DNA of 64,000 bases, from NCBI GenBank assembly GCA_964465155.1, contig CAYXIH010000001.1:82609-146608 (forward strand). Direction: 5' to 3'. The DNA is from an uncultured Sphaerochaeta sp. (GTDB lineage: Bacteria; Spirochaetota; Spirochaetia; Sphaerochaetales; Sphaerochaetaceae). A program made the translations under genes and the position numbers. Below the pieces are notes generated by a model that was not told the DNA's origin, did no database searches, and was given only the letters and a program-made list of their open reading frames with translations. Numbering within the stretch: the first letter of the stretch is position 1; each line of letters starts with the position of its first letter. This document shows, piece by piece, positions 25,810-34,443 of this stretch.

Positions 25810-27315
25810 CTACTCCCAAGCTATCCGGAAGCCAGTGTATTCCGAACAGGTTGCCTTTGCGGCGGTTCCGACTGTATTGATGGTAATGTCGGTCGGTATG
25901 TTGATGTATGAACCACCTTTGACGATAATCTCCGTCTGCACATCAAGCAAGTCTATTGTTTGCACCAAATCCGTCAGATTGCCGCTGAGCCTGCCAAGGG
26001 GGATGAACGGGCTGCTGGTCATCTCCCAGACACCACCGAGCAAGCCAAGGGGGGCAACTGTCTCATCGCCGACAGATACCAGCGTCCGTGAGTATGTGGA
26101 TGCTTCTGTTGCAGCAACGCTCCACATCTGCTGGGTCGGGACAAACACATGCCTTCCTGTCTTGTCGCTCAGCCATTGGCAGTAGGCCTGGGCCGCATGG
26201 TAGCTGATATTGCGGATGGGTCTGCCGCTTTGCACGACGGTAGTCGGAGAAATTCCGGCAAGGTAATACTCATCGACCAATCCCTCGGCTACCAAGGCAG
26301 TTGTGTTTGCCTTGGCCCACTTGGGATTCTCTTCGATAAAGCGTGCCCATTGGTATTCTGTTACTTCTTGGGAAGCAAGTGAGAAGCTTCCGGTATCGAC
26401 CTCAACGCCAGCCATGGTTACTGCTGGCCAGATGTCAAGGACAGTGGTGCCCATGACAAACTGTGCCGGTTGGTACGTGAATCCCTTGATAGCCATGTCA
26501 TCTACGGCCAAGGTAGCTGGAGTCTTCACGACTTGGGGTGGATTTGCCGCAAGCCCGACATCTGTTGTGGATGTCTCATTGGAAAAGAGGTCTGTGGCTG
26601 CCTGCATCAACTGACTGGACGTCACTGTCTCAAAAGATACTCCTGCACGAGACAGGATGCCTGAGGCCTCGGTGGCGTCTTCCAAGATGGTCTTGCTGGT
26701 GATATGTGCTACAGCCAGTTGCCATGCCTGCCCGAGCAATTCCTGTAGCTGGGGTGATGGGATGTCCTGGGAAGCAACCACCATGTCCGATGCCCAGTTG
26801 GAGAACAGGGGAGGGTAATGGTAGCGGTCATCGAAGTCAGTCACGCGTGACCATGCGGCAACCTTGTCCAGGAAACTCCTTGTGATGGTCTGTGCCAGCT
26901 GCATGTCTACGTTGAGGCTGGTGTTGGAGATGGTCATCCGCCTGGGTGCGAGCCATGTGAAGAACACTGGATGGCCGACTTTGACATCCACAGTCTGGAG
27001 GACAACACCGTCCTTGGTGAACTGTACCTCATGGGTGCCACTGTCTATCCACGTCTCGCTGGGTGTTCCTCCCTTGTATGTTCCGTCAACGGTTACCGCA
27101 ACGTTGGAGAGTGGGCTGGTGAAGGTGACGTTCTTGCCCCCCTTGAGAATCCCGGGAAGAAATCCGACCAGGAATACCACCAGGAGGATGGCGAGTATCA
27201 TGAGTATCAATATAAAGATGCCAGGGCGCATGCCCATGACCGTTGGCAACTTGACTGGTGGTACCTCGGGGAGGTTCACGATCGGTTTTTTCATGTGGGT
27301 AAAGGTATCCTCCAT
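25810..27315 (-). CDS. membrane-anchored PEGA-domain / FGE-sulfatase-fold (SUMF1-like) protein
   Basis: TM helix GIFILILMILAILLVVFLVGFL. PEGA-like segment VTVDGTYKGGTPSETWIDSGTHEVQFTKDG. C-terminal FGE-fold blocks ISYHAAQAYCQWLSDKTG, GGVWEMTSS, KGGSY and GFRIAWE. The start is ambiguous (ATG at 27315 or 27294, TTG at 27330). Confidence 0.65.
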   Translation of the reverse strand: MEDTFTHMKKPIVNLPEVPPVKLPTVMGMRPGIFILILMILAILLVVFLVGFLPGILKGGKNVTFTSPLSNVAVTVDGTYKGGTPSETWIDSGTHEVQFTKDGVVLQTVDVKVGHPVFFTWLAPRRMTISNTSLNVDMQLAQTITRSFLDKVAAWSRVTDFDDRYHYPPLFSNWASDMVVASQDIPSPQLQELLGQAWQLAVAHITSKTILEDATEASGILSRAGVSFETVTSSQLMQAATDLFSNETSTTDVGLAANPPQVVKTPATLAVDDMAIKGFTYQPAQFVMGTTVLDIWPAVTMAGVEVDTGSFSLASQEVTEYQWARFIEENPKWAKANTTALVAEGLVDEYYLAGISPTTVVQSGRPIRNISYHAAQAYCQWLSDKTGRHVFVPTQQMWSVAATEASTYSRTLVSVGDETVAPLGLLGGVWEMTSSPFIPLGRLSGNLTDLVQTIDLLDVQTEIIVKGGSYINIPTDITINTVGTAAKATCSEYTGFRIAWE

Positions 27316-27359
27316 GCACGAACTTGTCAACTTGCTGTGATTGTGATACGTTGCTTGAC

Positions 27360-28364
27360 ATGGACGAATTCTTCACGAGCATCGAGAGGCACACAGAAGC
27401 GTTCCTGACCCTCCGCAAAGCCAAGAAGGCGGCACAACTTGCTGCCCGCAAGCCCCGTACATTCTGGGGAGAAGTTCGCGGTTGGATAGACGCGATCGTA
27501 TTTGCTGTGTTTGCAGTCCTGCTGATCAACCAATACCTCTTCCAACTGTTTGTGATACCCACTCCCTCCATGGTTCCAACCTTGCTTGTCGGAGACAGGG
27601 TATTCGTCAACAAAACCTCATATGGCATAGAGCTGTATCCTACTGGTCCGAAGATATGGGCAAAACACCGGACACCCCAGCGCGACCAGATCATCACATT
27701 CTACAACCCCGATTATGATTCACGTGGTCCTTTCTATGATATCCTGACGCAAGTGCTCTACATGGGGACCTTCTCGTTGGTCAACATAGATGTGGATGCC
27801 GATGGCAATCCCCGTGAACGGCTGTATGTAAAGCGTGCAGTGGGCATGAGTGGCGACGTGGTCCGCCTGGAGGACGGCAATGTGCTGATCAACCCAGCGG
27901 GAACCACCAGCTTCATCAAGGAGTCCCAGTTCAGGGCCGACAATACGTTGGTACAGACCCAGCAGCGCCTGCTCGAAGAGGATATCTATCCTGGCATCCG
28001 GGCATGGGGGACATTGGCTGCGTATCAGGAGAAGGGGCTTGCTTCCCAAGTTCCTGCGCATGTCAGTGCCGACTTCAAGTCGATCTCAGGATACAACTCA
28101 CCTCCTGATGCATACCAGGCTTACCAGAGCATGAACCGGACCTTGCGGCAACTCGACCCCTCGGATTTTGCGGCACGCAGCGCTTCTGCCCATTATGAGA
28201 ATGGCATATATGTTCCCAAGGGGTATGTGCTTCCGATGGGTGACAACCGTGACAACTCCTACGATGGGAGATACTTTGGACCAGTGCCCGACACCGACGT
28301 CAATGGCCGTGTGGTCTTCCGCTTCTGGCCGTTGAACAGGATGAAGAACCTTGCCAATTCCTGA
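27360..28364 (+). CDS. lepB: signal peptidase I
   Basis: S26 motifs IPTPSMVPTLLVGDRVFVNK (catalytic Ser), YVKRAVGMSGD (Lys) and GDNRDNSYDGRYFGPV. Confidence 0.9.
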   Translation: MDEFFTSIERHTEAFLTLRKAKKAAQLAARKPRTFWGEVRGWIDAIVFAVFAVLLINQYLFQLFVIPTPSMVPTLLVGDRVFVNKTSYGIELYPTGPKIWAKHRTPQRDQIITFYNPDYDSRGPFYDILTQVLYMGTFSLVNIDVDADGNPRERLYVKRAVGMSGDVVRLEDGNVLINPAGTTSFIKESQFRADNTLVQTQQRLLEEDIYPGIRAWGTLAAYQEKGLASQVPAHVSADFKSISGYNSPPDAYQAYQSMNRTLRQLDPSDFAARSASAHYENGIYVPKGYVLPMGDNRDNSYDGRYFGPVPDTDVNGRVVFRFWPLNRMKNLANS

Positions 28365-28371
28365 CCGTTTC

Positions 28372-29523
28372 ATGAATCCCGGATTCCCTGTATCGTTGTA
28401 TGTCCATGTTCCATTCTGCAACGCCAAGTGCGACTATTGTGCGTTCCATTCGTTGGGGCGGAAAGCATGGGACAGCAGTGGAATGCCCGAACTCTTTGTG
28501 CAGCGGTGCGAGCAGGAGATATTGGCCTGCGCCAATGCATTGGGCAAACCATTTGAGACAGTGTTCTTTGGAGGTGGAAATCCCGGGTGCCTCTCGGTGT
28601 CACAGTTGCAGCGCCTGCTGCATGCAAGCTCTGTATATGGGCGGAGCAAGGAATGCACCATTGAGATGAATCCAGAGTCCCTGACACCGGCATATGCGCC
28701 GCTGTTCGGCCAATATATTGACCGGCTGAGCATGGGGATCCAATCCCTGAACCCAACGGTGCTTGCCACCTTGGGCCGGAACGTGTCGGAACAACAGGTA
28801 TTGCGCGGGATAGAGATGGCGAAATCCATGCGGGACGCCTATGGTACCCGCCTGAGCTTTGACTTGATGACCTGCATCCCAGGCCAAAGCATTGACATGG
28901 CCCAAGATGACATCCGCAAGTTGGTTGGGCTTGCAGATCCCCAGCATATCTCGTTGTATTGCCTGACGATTGAAGATACTACCCCCCTTGCGGCACGGGC
29001 ATCTTCGATAGATGAAGGCATGCAGGAGCAGATGTTGCGCTCCTGTTGGAAGACACTGGGTGAACTTGGGTATTCCCAGTATGAAGTATCGAACTTCTGC
29101 CGCTTTGGAGGGGAGTGCCTGCACAACAGCGTCTATTGGGACTTGGGCCAGTACATCGGGCTGGGGCCAACGGCAGCAGGCACTGCTTTTGACGGGCCGT
29201 CCATCTGCCGGTGGGAATGCCAGCAGGATGCCCATGCCTATTGCTCGACCAGCCTGTTCGAAGGGTATGTGTATGAACATTTGGAAAGCGCCCAGGAACT
29301 GGAAGAGTATCTCTTGGTTGCATTGCGTACCACACGAGGAATCGACAAGGCAAAGTTCCTGAAACGGTTTGGCAGGTCCTTCGACTCGTTGCTCCACGCA
29401 GGTGGTGACAAGCACCTCAATCCAGGCGATGCAGTGGATACAAAAGACAATTTCCATCTCACCCAAGACGGCCTGATGGTGATGGATACGATATTGCTGG
29501 ATCTTGCAATGGCGGCAGATTGA
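28372..29523 (+). CDS. hemW: radical SAM family heme chaperone HemW / HemN-like
   Basis: LYVHVPFCNAKCDYCAF (CxxxCxxC), with typical HemN-like length and a C-terminal HemN_C-like region. Confidence 0.85.
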   Translation: MNPGFPVSLYVHVPFCNAKCDYCAFHSLGRKAWDSSGMPELFVQRCEQEILACANALGKPFETVFFGGGNPGCLSVSQLQRLLHASSVYGRSKECTIEMNPESLTPAYAPLFGQYIDRLSMGIQSLNPTVLATLGRNVSEQQVLRGIEMAKSMRDAYGTRLSFDLMTCIPGQSIDMAQDDIRKLVGLADPQHISLYCLTIEDTTPLAARASSIDEGMQEQMLRSCWKTLGELGYSQYEVSNFCRFGGECLHNSVYWDLGQYIGLGPTAAGTAFDGPSICRWECQQDAHAYCSTSLFEGYVYEHLESAQELEEYLLVALRTTRGIDKAKFLKRFGRSFDSLLHAGGDKHLNPGDAVDTKDNFHLTQDGLMVMDTILLDLAMAAD

Positions 29524-29639
29524 TTGAACAAGCAGGCATGAATCACCTGTAGCCCCTTGACACCACTTTTTTCACTATGGTAACGTTACGAGGTTCACAT
29601 AACAAAGCATTCTATTTCATCAATATAAAGAGGTTCAAC

Positions 29640-30383
29640 ATGTCCGGCCACAGTAAATGGGCAACGATCAAACACAAGAAGGGTGCCGCGGATGCAAAAC
29701 GCGGGCAAATGTTCACAAAGCTGATCAAGGAAATCATGGTCGCAACGAAGATGGGTGGAGCAGAGCCCGATAGCAATGCACGCCTGCGCACCGCCATCCT
29801 CAAGGCCCGTGCCGAGAATATGCCCAAGGACAATATCGACAGGGCAATCAAGAAAGGTTCCGGCGAACTTGGCAACTCCGTATACTATGAGCTTACCTAC
29901 GAAGGATATGCACCTGGTGGTGTCGCCATCATCATCGACACCCTTACCGACAACAAGAACCGTACCGCAGCAGACGTGCGCAGCACGCTGACAAAGCTTG
30001 GTGGTTCCCTGGGTGCAACGGGTTGTGTCTCCTACATGTTCCAGACAAAGGGTGTCATCACCTATGATGCAACCAAATATGCAGAGGACATGATCTTTGA
30101 AGTCGCATTGGAAAACGGTGCCGAGGACGTGAATACCGATGATGGTATCATTGAAGTGACCACCGCTGCCTCCGATTTCGCAAACGTGCTGGAAGCTATG
30201 CAGGCTGCTGGTTTCGAGCAGGAGAGCGCTGAGGTCGACAAGATTGCCGATACCACCGTCTCCCTCGATGCCGAGAAGGCCCGCAAGGTCATGAAGATCG
30301 TTGACAAGCTCGAGGAACTCGAGGATGTACAGCAGGTCTCCACGAACCTTGACCTTCCAGACGACTACGAAGACGAAGAATAA
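29640..30383 (+). CDS. yebC: YebC/PmpR family DNA-binding transcriptional regulator
   Basis: The MSGHSKWATIKHKKGAADAKRG N-terminus is diagnostic. GAGG lies upstream of the ATG at 29640. Confidence 0.95.
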   Translation: MSGHSKWATIKHKKGAADAKRGQMFTKLIKEIMVATKMGGAEPDSNARLRTAILKARAENMPKDNIDRAIKKGSGELGNSVYYELTYEGYAPGGVAIIIDTLTDNKNRTAADVRSTLTKLGGSLGATGCVSYMFQTKGVITYDATKYAEDMIFEVALENGAEDVNTDDGIIEVTTAASDFANVLEAMQAAGFEQESAEVDKIADTTVSLDAEKARKVMKIVDKLEELEDVQQVSTNLDLPDDYEDEE

Positions 30384-30387
30384 CAAT

Positions 30388-30879
30388 ATGCGTATCCTGG
30401 GGGTCGATCCAGGTTTTGCACAGACAGGCTGGGGTGTCGTCGACGTGGTCGGCGGTCGTTTCCGGCCTGTTTCTTTTGGTGTGGTCAAGACAACGACGGC
30501 ACAGGAGCAGGGCCAACGGATTCATGAGATAGCTGTGAAGCTGGGAGAGGTTGCACTGCAGCACAATGTCCAATGTGTCTCGATGGAGGATATTTTCTTT
30601 GCGAAGAATGTATCCAGTGCCATTACGGTGGCGAAAGTTATCGGGGCAATTACACACCAATTCGTGGGGATGGGACTTGCTGTGAGGATGTTCTCCCCCA
30701 TGCAGATCAAGACGACCGTCAGTGGGTATGGGCTTGCGGACAAGCATCAGGTGCAGGAGATGATCCGTCTGATGCTTGGCCTGCAGGAGATTCCCAAGCC
30801 TGACCATGCGGCGGATGCCCTGGCAGCCGCCATTTGCCTTGGTACCTTTGGTGCCACCGAGTTGAAGTTCCGGACGTAG
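30388..30879 (+). CDS. ruvC: crossover junction endodeoxyribonuclease RuvC
   Basis: MRILGVDPGFAQTGWG ... KPDHAADALAAAIC. Confidence 0.95.
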   Translation: MRILGVDPGFAQTGWGVVDVVGGRFRPVSFGVVKTTTAQEQGQRIHEIAVKLGEVALQHNVQCVSMEDIFFAKNVSSAITVAKVIGAITHQFVGMGLAVRMFSPMQIKTTVSGYGLADKHQVQEMIRLMLGLQEIPKPDHAADALAAAICLGTFGATELKFRT

Positions 30880-30888
30880 GAGGTCCAT

Positions 30889-31521
30889 ATGATCAACGCA
30901 GTCATAGGAGATATTGTCTATGTTGGTGCCCAGGAGCTGGTCCTGCGCTGCGGCCACATGGAGTATACCTTGCTCATCTCCTCTCAGTCCGCAAGCAGGC
31001 TCTCCAACCTACAAGGGGATTCGCGCAAGAATGTCAGGATGCTGACGTACCTGCAGCACCGTGAGGATGCGATGACCCTCTTTGGATTCTCCGACGAAGC
31101 CGAGCGGTCGGTCTTCATGCAGCTGCAGACGGTACAGGGAATTGGAAGCAAACAGGCGCTGAAGATCCTCAGTGGTGTCTCAGTCAAGAACCTGATCTGT
31201 GCCTTGGATGAGGGTGACCTGAAGACCCTCTCCCGGATCCCGGGAATAGGGAACAAGACGGGCCAGAAACTCATCCTTGCCCTGCGCAACAAACTGGTAC
31301 TGGACGAAGAGGGTTCGGGTACGGCAGTCCGACAGGAAGTGAGGCCAGACAACCGGTTCAGTGAATTGGAAGAGGCCCTTTCCGATATGGGATATGATAA
31401 GAAGAAAGTTTCCTTGGTGATTGCCCGGCTTGCCGCTGAACAAGCCGCTGCAATGGAAGGAATGGGACAGCACGAGTCGGAGGAACTTCTGTTCCGCTTG
31501 GCTATCGTAGCATTGGGGTAA
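30889..31521 (+). CDS. ruvA: Holliday junction branch migration protein RuvA
   Basis: HhH region LQTVQGIGSKQALKILS ... LSRIPGIGNKTGQKLI. Positioned between ruvC and ruvB. Confidence 0.9.
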   Translation: MINAVIGDIVYVGAQELVLRCGHMEYTLLISSQSASRLSNLQGDSRKNVRMLTYLQHREDAMTLFGFSDEAERSVFMQLQTVQGIGSKQALKILSGVSVKNLICALDEGDLKTLSRIPGIGNKTGQKLILALRNKLVLDEEGSGTAVRQEVRPDNRFSELEEALSDMGYDKKKVSLVIARLAAEQAAAMEGMGQHESEELLFRLAIVALG

Positions 31522-31524
31522 GGC

Positions 31525-32613
31525 ATGGATGAGCAAGATGGATTCGATTTCGATAATTCTCTGAAGGATTTGGATGAACTCCAGAGGCAGTCCGTCATGT
31601 CCACTGCGTTCCAGCAGGAGGCTGACGTTCAGGAAAACGTCCTGCGTCCCAAGATGCTCTGTGACTTCCAAGGCCAGCAACGGCTGAAGGAGAACCTCGC
31701 CGTGTTCATACAAGCCGCCCGCGAGCGACATGAGGCATTGGACCACACCTTCCTCATCGGCCCTCCCGGACTGGGCAAGACTACACTGGCTTCTATCATA
31801 GCCAACGAGATGGGGGCGGAGATCCGCATGACCAGCGCACCTGCGCTGGACAAGCCCAAGGACCTTGCCGGTATCCTGACAAACGTCACCGAGGGAAGTG
31901 TCTTCTTCATCGATGAGATCCATCGTCTCAAGCCTGCGTTGGAGGAGATGCTCTACATTGCCATGGAAGACTTTGAGATCGACTGGGTCATCGGCCAAGG
32001 GCCGGCTGCCCGTACCATGCGCATCCCATTGCCTCGTTTCACGCTGGTGGGAGCTACCACCAAGGCAGGGCAAGTCTCATCGCCGCTGCATAGCCGTTTT
32101 GGCATCACGTGCCACATCGAGTTCTACAACGAGCAGGAGCTTGCAAGCATCATCACACGCAGCGCATCGATCATCGATACGCAGATTGAGACCGATGCGG
32201 TGCTCCTTTTGGCAAAGTGTGCGAGGGGAACGCCCCGCATCGCCAACAGGCTCCTGCGGCGCCTGCGGGACTTTGCATTGGTGATGGGTGATGGTTGTAT
32301 TACTACCGATATCGTGCACCATGGTATCGACCGCCTGGGCATAGACCTCAATGGGCTTGAGGAACAGGACCGCAACATCCTCAGGACCATCATCAATTTC
32401 TATGGAGGTGGTCCCGTCGGGGCAGAAACACTCTCCATCTCAGTAGGGGAGGCAATCGAGTCCCTTGAGGATTTCTACGAACCCTACCTCATCCAAAAAG
32501 GATATCTCAAACGGACACCCCGTGGCCGCATGGTCACGCTCAAAGCCTACGAGTTGTTGGGTATCCCTTGTACAAGGAACGACATACATGAAAACCAAGG
32601 ACTTCTCTTTTGA
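31525..32613 (+). CDS. ruvB: Holliday junction branch migration DNA helicase RuvB
   Basis: [19 protein letters not shown], Walker [12 protein letters not shown], Walker [10 protein letters not shown]. Confidence 0.95.
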   Translation: MDEQDGFDFDNSLKDLDELQRQSVMSTAFQQEADVQENVLRPKMLCDFQGQQRLKENLAVFIQAARERHEALDHTFLIGPPGLGKTTLASIIANEMGAEIRMTSAPALDKPKDLAGILTNVTEGSVFFIDEIHRLKPALEEMLYIAMEDFEIDWVIGQGPAARTMRIPLPRFTLVGATTKAGQVSSPLHSRFGITCHIEFYNEQELASIITRSASIIDTQIETDAVLLLAKCARGTPRIANRLLRRLRDFALVMGDGCITTDIVHHGIDRLGIDLNGLEEQDRNILRTIINFYGGGPVGAETLSISVGEAIESLEDFYEPYLIQKGYLKRTPRGRMVTLKAYELLGIPCTRNDIHENQGLLF

Positions 32614-33628
32614 GCTTCCAGATTCTCAGATAGCACAGACTCCCGCTGACAAGCGCGGTGGGGACCGCCTGCTGGTCATAGATCGCAACACCGGTGCTTG
32701 GACTGACTCCCAGATGGTCCAGTTCCCTTCATTCCTCGAGCCAGGTTCCCTGTTGGTCGTCAACGACAGCAAGGTCCGCAAGGCACGTGTCTATGGACAG
32801 AGTGAGACTGGTGGGATAGTTGAATTCCTCTTCTTGGAGGAGAACCTTGACCATAGCTGGCAGGCAATGGTCACAAAGAGCAAGAAGCAGGTCCCAGGAA
32901 AGCGGTTTGCCTTCCTCGACCCGCAGGGGAATGTGCTCCGAAGTGGAGTAATCCTCTCTGCCAATGAGGATGGGACCCGCACAGTTGGCTTCGACGCTCC
33001 CCTTGACGAGGAGTTCTTCCATGTATGTGGCCATGTTCCATTGCCCCCCTACATCAAGCGTGACGACACGTTCTCCGACGAATCGCGCTACCAGACTGTC
33101 TATGCCCATGAGGAGGGGTCCGTTGCAGCTCCGACTGCAGGCCTGCACTTCACCCAGCAGATTCTTGATGAGATACAAGCAAAGGGGATCGAGACTGTCC
33201 GTGTGACGTTGCATGTCGGTCCTGGTACATTCCTCCCAGTCAGAAGCGAGCGGGTGGAAGACCACCATATGCATTACGAGCGGTATGAAGTGAGCCCGGA
33301 GACTGCCGATGCCATCAATCGTGCAAAGCGCGAGGGCCGCAAGATTGTCGCGACGGGCACCACGAGCGTACGGACGCTGGAGTCAGCTTGGGATCCCCAG
33401 CTGAAGCAGGTGCGCAGCGGTGTAGGACGTACAAATATCTTTATTGTCCCAGGCTATACATTCCAGGTAGTGGACCAGTTGCTGACCAACTTCCACACCC
33501 CTGAATCGACATTGCTGATGCTCGTCAGTGCATTTGCGGGACGAGAGCATATGCTTGCGGCCTACAACCATGCAGTCGAGGCCGGCTATCGTTTCTTCTC
33601 GTATGGAGATGCTACGTTCCTGAAATAA
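32588..33628 (+). CDS. queA: tRNA preQ1(34) S-adenosylmethionine ribosyltransferase-isomerase QueA
   Basis: [30 protein letters not shown] ... [11 protein letters not shown] ... [10 protein letters not shown]. The start overlaps the ruvB 3' end. Confidence 0.95.
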   Translation: MKTKDFSFELPDSQIAQTPADKRGGDRLLVIDRNTGAWTDSQMVQFPSFLEPGSLLVVNDSKVRKARVYGQSETGGIVEFLFLEENLDHSWQAMVTKSKKQVPGKRFAFLDPQGNVLRSGVILSANEDGTRTVGFDAPLDEEFFHVCGHVPLPPYIKRDDTFSDESRYQTVYAHEEGSVAAPTAGLHFTQQILDEIQAKGIETVRVTLHVGPGTFLPVRSERVEDHHMHYERYEVSPETADAINRAKREGRKIVATGTTSVRTLESAWDPQLKQVRSGVGRTNIFIVPGYTFQVVDQLLTNFHTPESTLLMLVSAFAGREHMLAAYNHAVEAGYRFFSYGDATFLK

Positions 33629-33631
33629 CCA

Positions 33632-34258
33632 TCATCTTGCGATGGCGCCACTGTCCGAAAGAATATTGCAGACCATGGCGCTGATTTCCTCTCGGCTGAG
33701 CGTTCCGTCTATGCGGACGAATTTTGTCCCTTCCGGCAACGCACTGAAAATGCGTTCATAGTTGGAACGGACCTTCAGCAGGAAATCCCGATGCTCGAAG
33801 AGTTCGCGTTCGTTGCCACGGCTTGCGATGCGCTGCATGCAGACATCCACCGGTGTATCGATGTAGAACAGAAACTGCGGGGCAGGGTAGTCATTCAACC
33901 GTTGGACCGTATCAAAGCCACATTCAACCGACTGGTACGCCAAGGAAGAGTAGAGGTACCGGTCACAGATGACCAGGTGACCTTCGTCAAGTTTCCTGTT
34001 GATTCCATGCACTGGATTGTTCAGATGGTCTTCCCTGTCTGCCGCATAGAGCATTGCCAGCGCCAAGGGGGTGGTGACAGTTTGCTTTTGCAACACGCCA
34101 CGGACAACACGGCCGATCGCATTGGAAGTAGGCTCGAACGTTGCATGGCACAAGCGGTCTTGCTTGTCGCACGCCTCTGCAAGCAAACGCATCTGCGTGG
34201 TGGTTCCTGCACCATCAAGTCCTTCAAAAACGACAAAATTCTTCAAAACTGTATCCAT
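33632..34258 (-). CDS. tmk: thymidylate kinase
   Basis: P-loop FVVFEGLDGAGTTTQ and DRYLYSSLAYQ. The Met at 34258 is chosen over upstream in-frame codons. Confidence 0.85.
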   Translation of the reverse strand: MDTVLKNFVVFEGLDGAGTTTQMRLLAEACDKQDRLCHATFEPTSNAIGRVVRGVLQKQTVTTPLALAMLYAADREDHLNNPVHGINRKLDEGHLVICDRYLYSSLAYQSVECGFDTVQRLNDYPAPQFLFYIDTPVDVCMQRIASRGNERELFEHRDFLLKVRSNYERIFSALPEGTKFVRIDGTLSREEISAMVCNILSDSGAIAR

Positions 34259-34443
34259 GTTCCGACTGTTCCTCCCACTAGAACATAGCATACACAAAAA
34301 AAGAGAGCAGGACAATTGAAACTCTTTGGAGAAACTCTGTTCAAGATACTGTCAAACGGCATGTTTTGAAGATATACTCAATACAGAAGGCACCTTGTCA
34401 ACGCAGGGTGAAATTGCCACATGCTGAGGAACTGAGTGTCAGA

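Noticed and set aside
25810-27315. FGE-fold protein considered as the aerobic maturase for the sulfatases in this window
   Set aside because: It lacks the catalytic Cys pair and is predicted to face the extracytoplasmic side. The locus also encodes its own radical-SAM anSME. It is kept only as a protein of unknown function.
29557-29581. TTGACA ... TATGGT as the yebC promoter
   Set aside because: The spacer is only 13 nt, too short for a sigma70-type promoter, and no alternative -10 lies at 16-18 nt.
29595-30488. 297-aa ORF on the - strand covering yebC and the ruvC start
   Set aside because: It lies antisense to a gene with an unmistakable YebC sequence. Its translation is low-complexity with no motifs. 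Long antisense ORFs are expected opposite codon-biased genes.
31180-32073. 297-aa - strand ORF across ruvA/ruvB
   Set aside because: It is antisense to canonical RuvA and RuvB coding sequence, so it is a shadow ORF.
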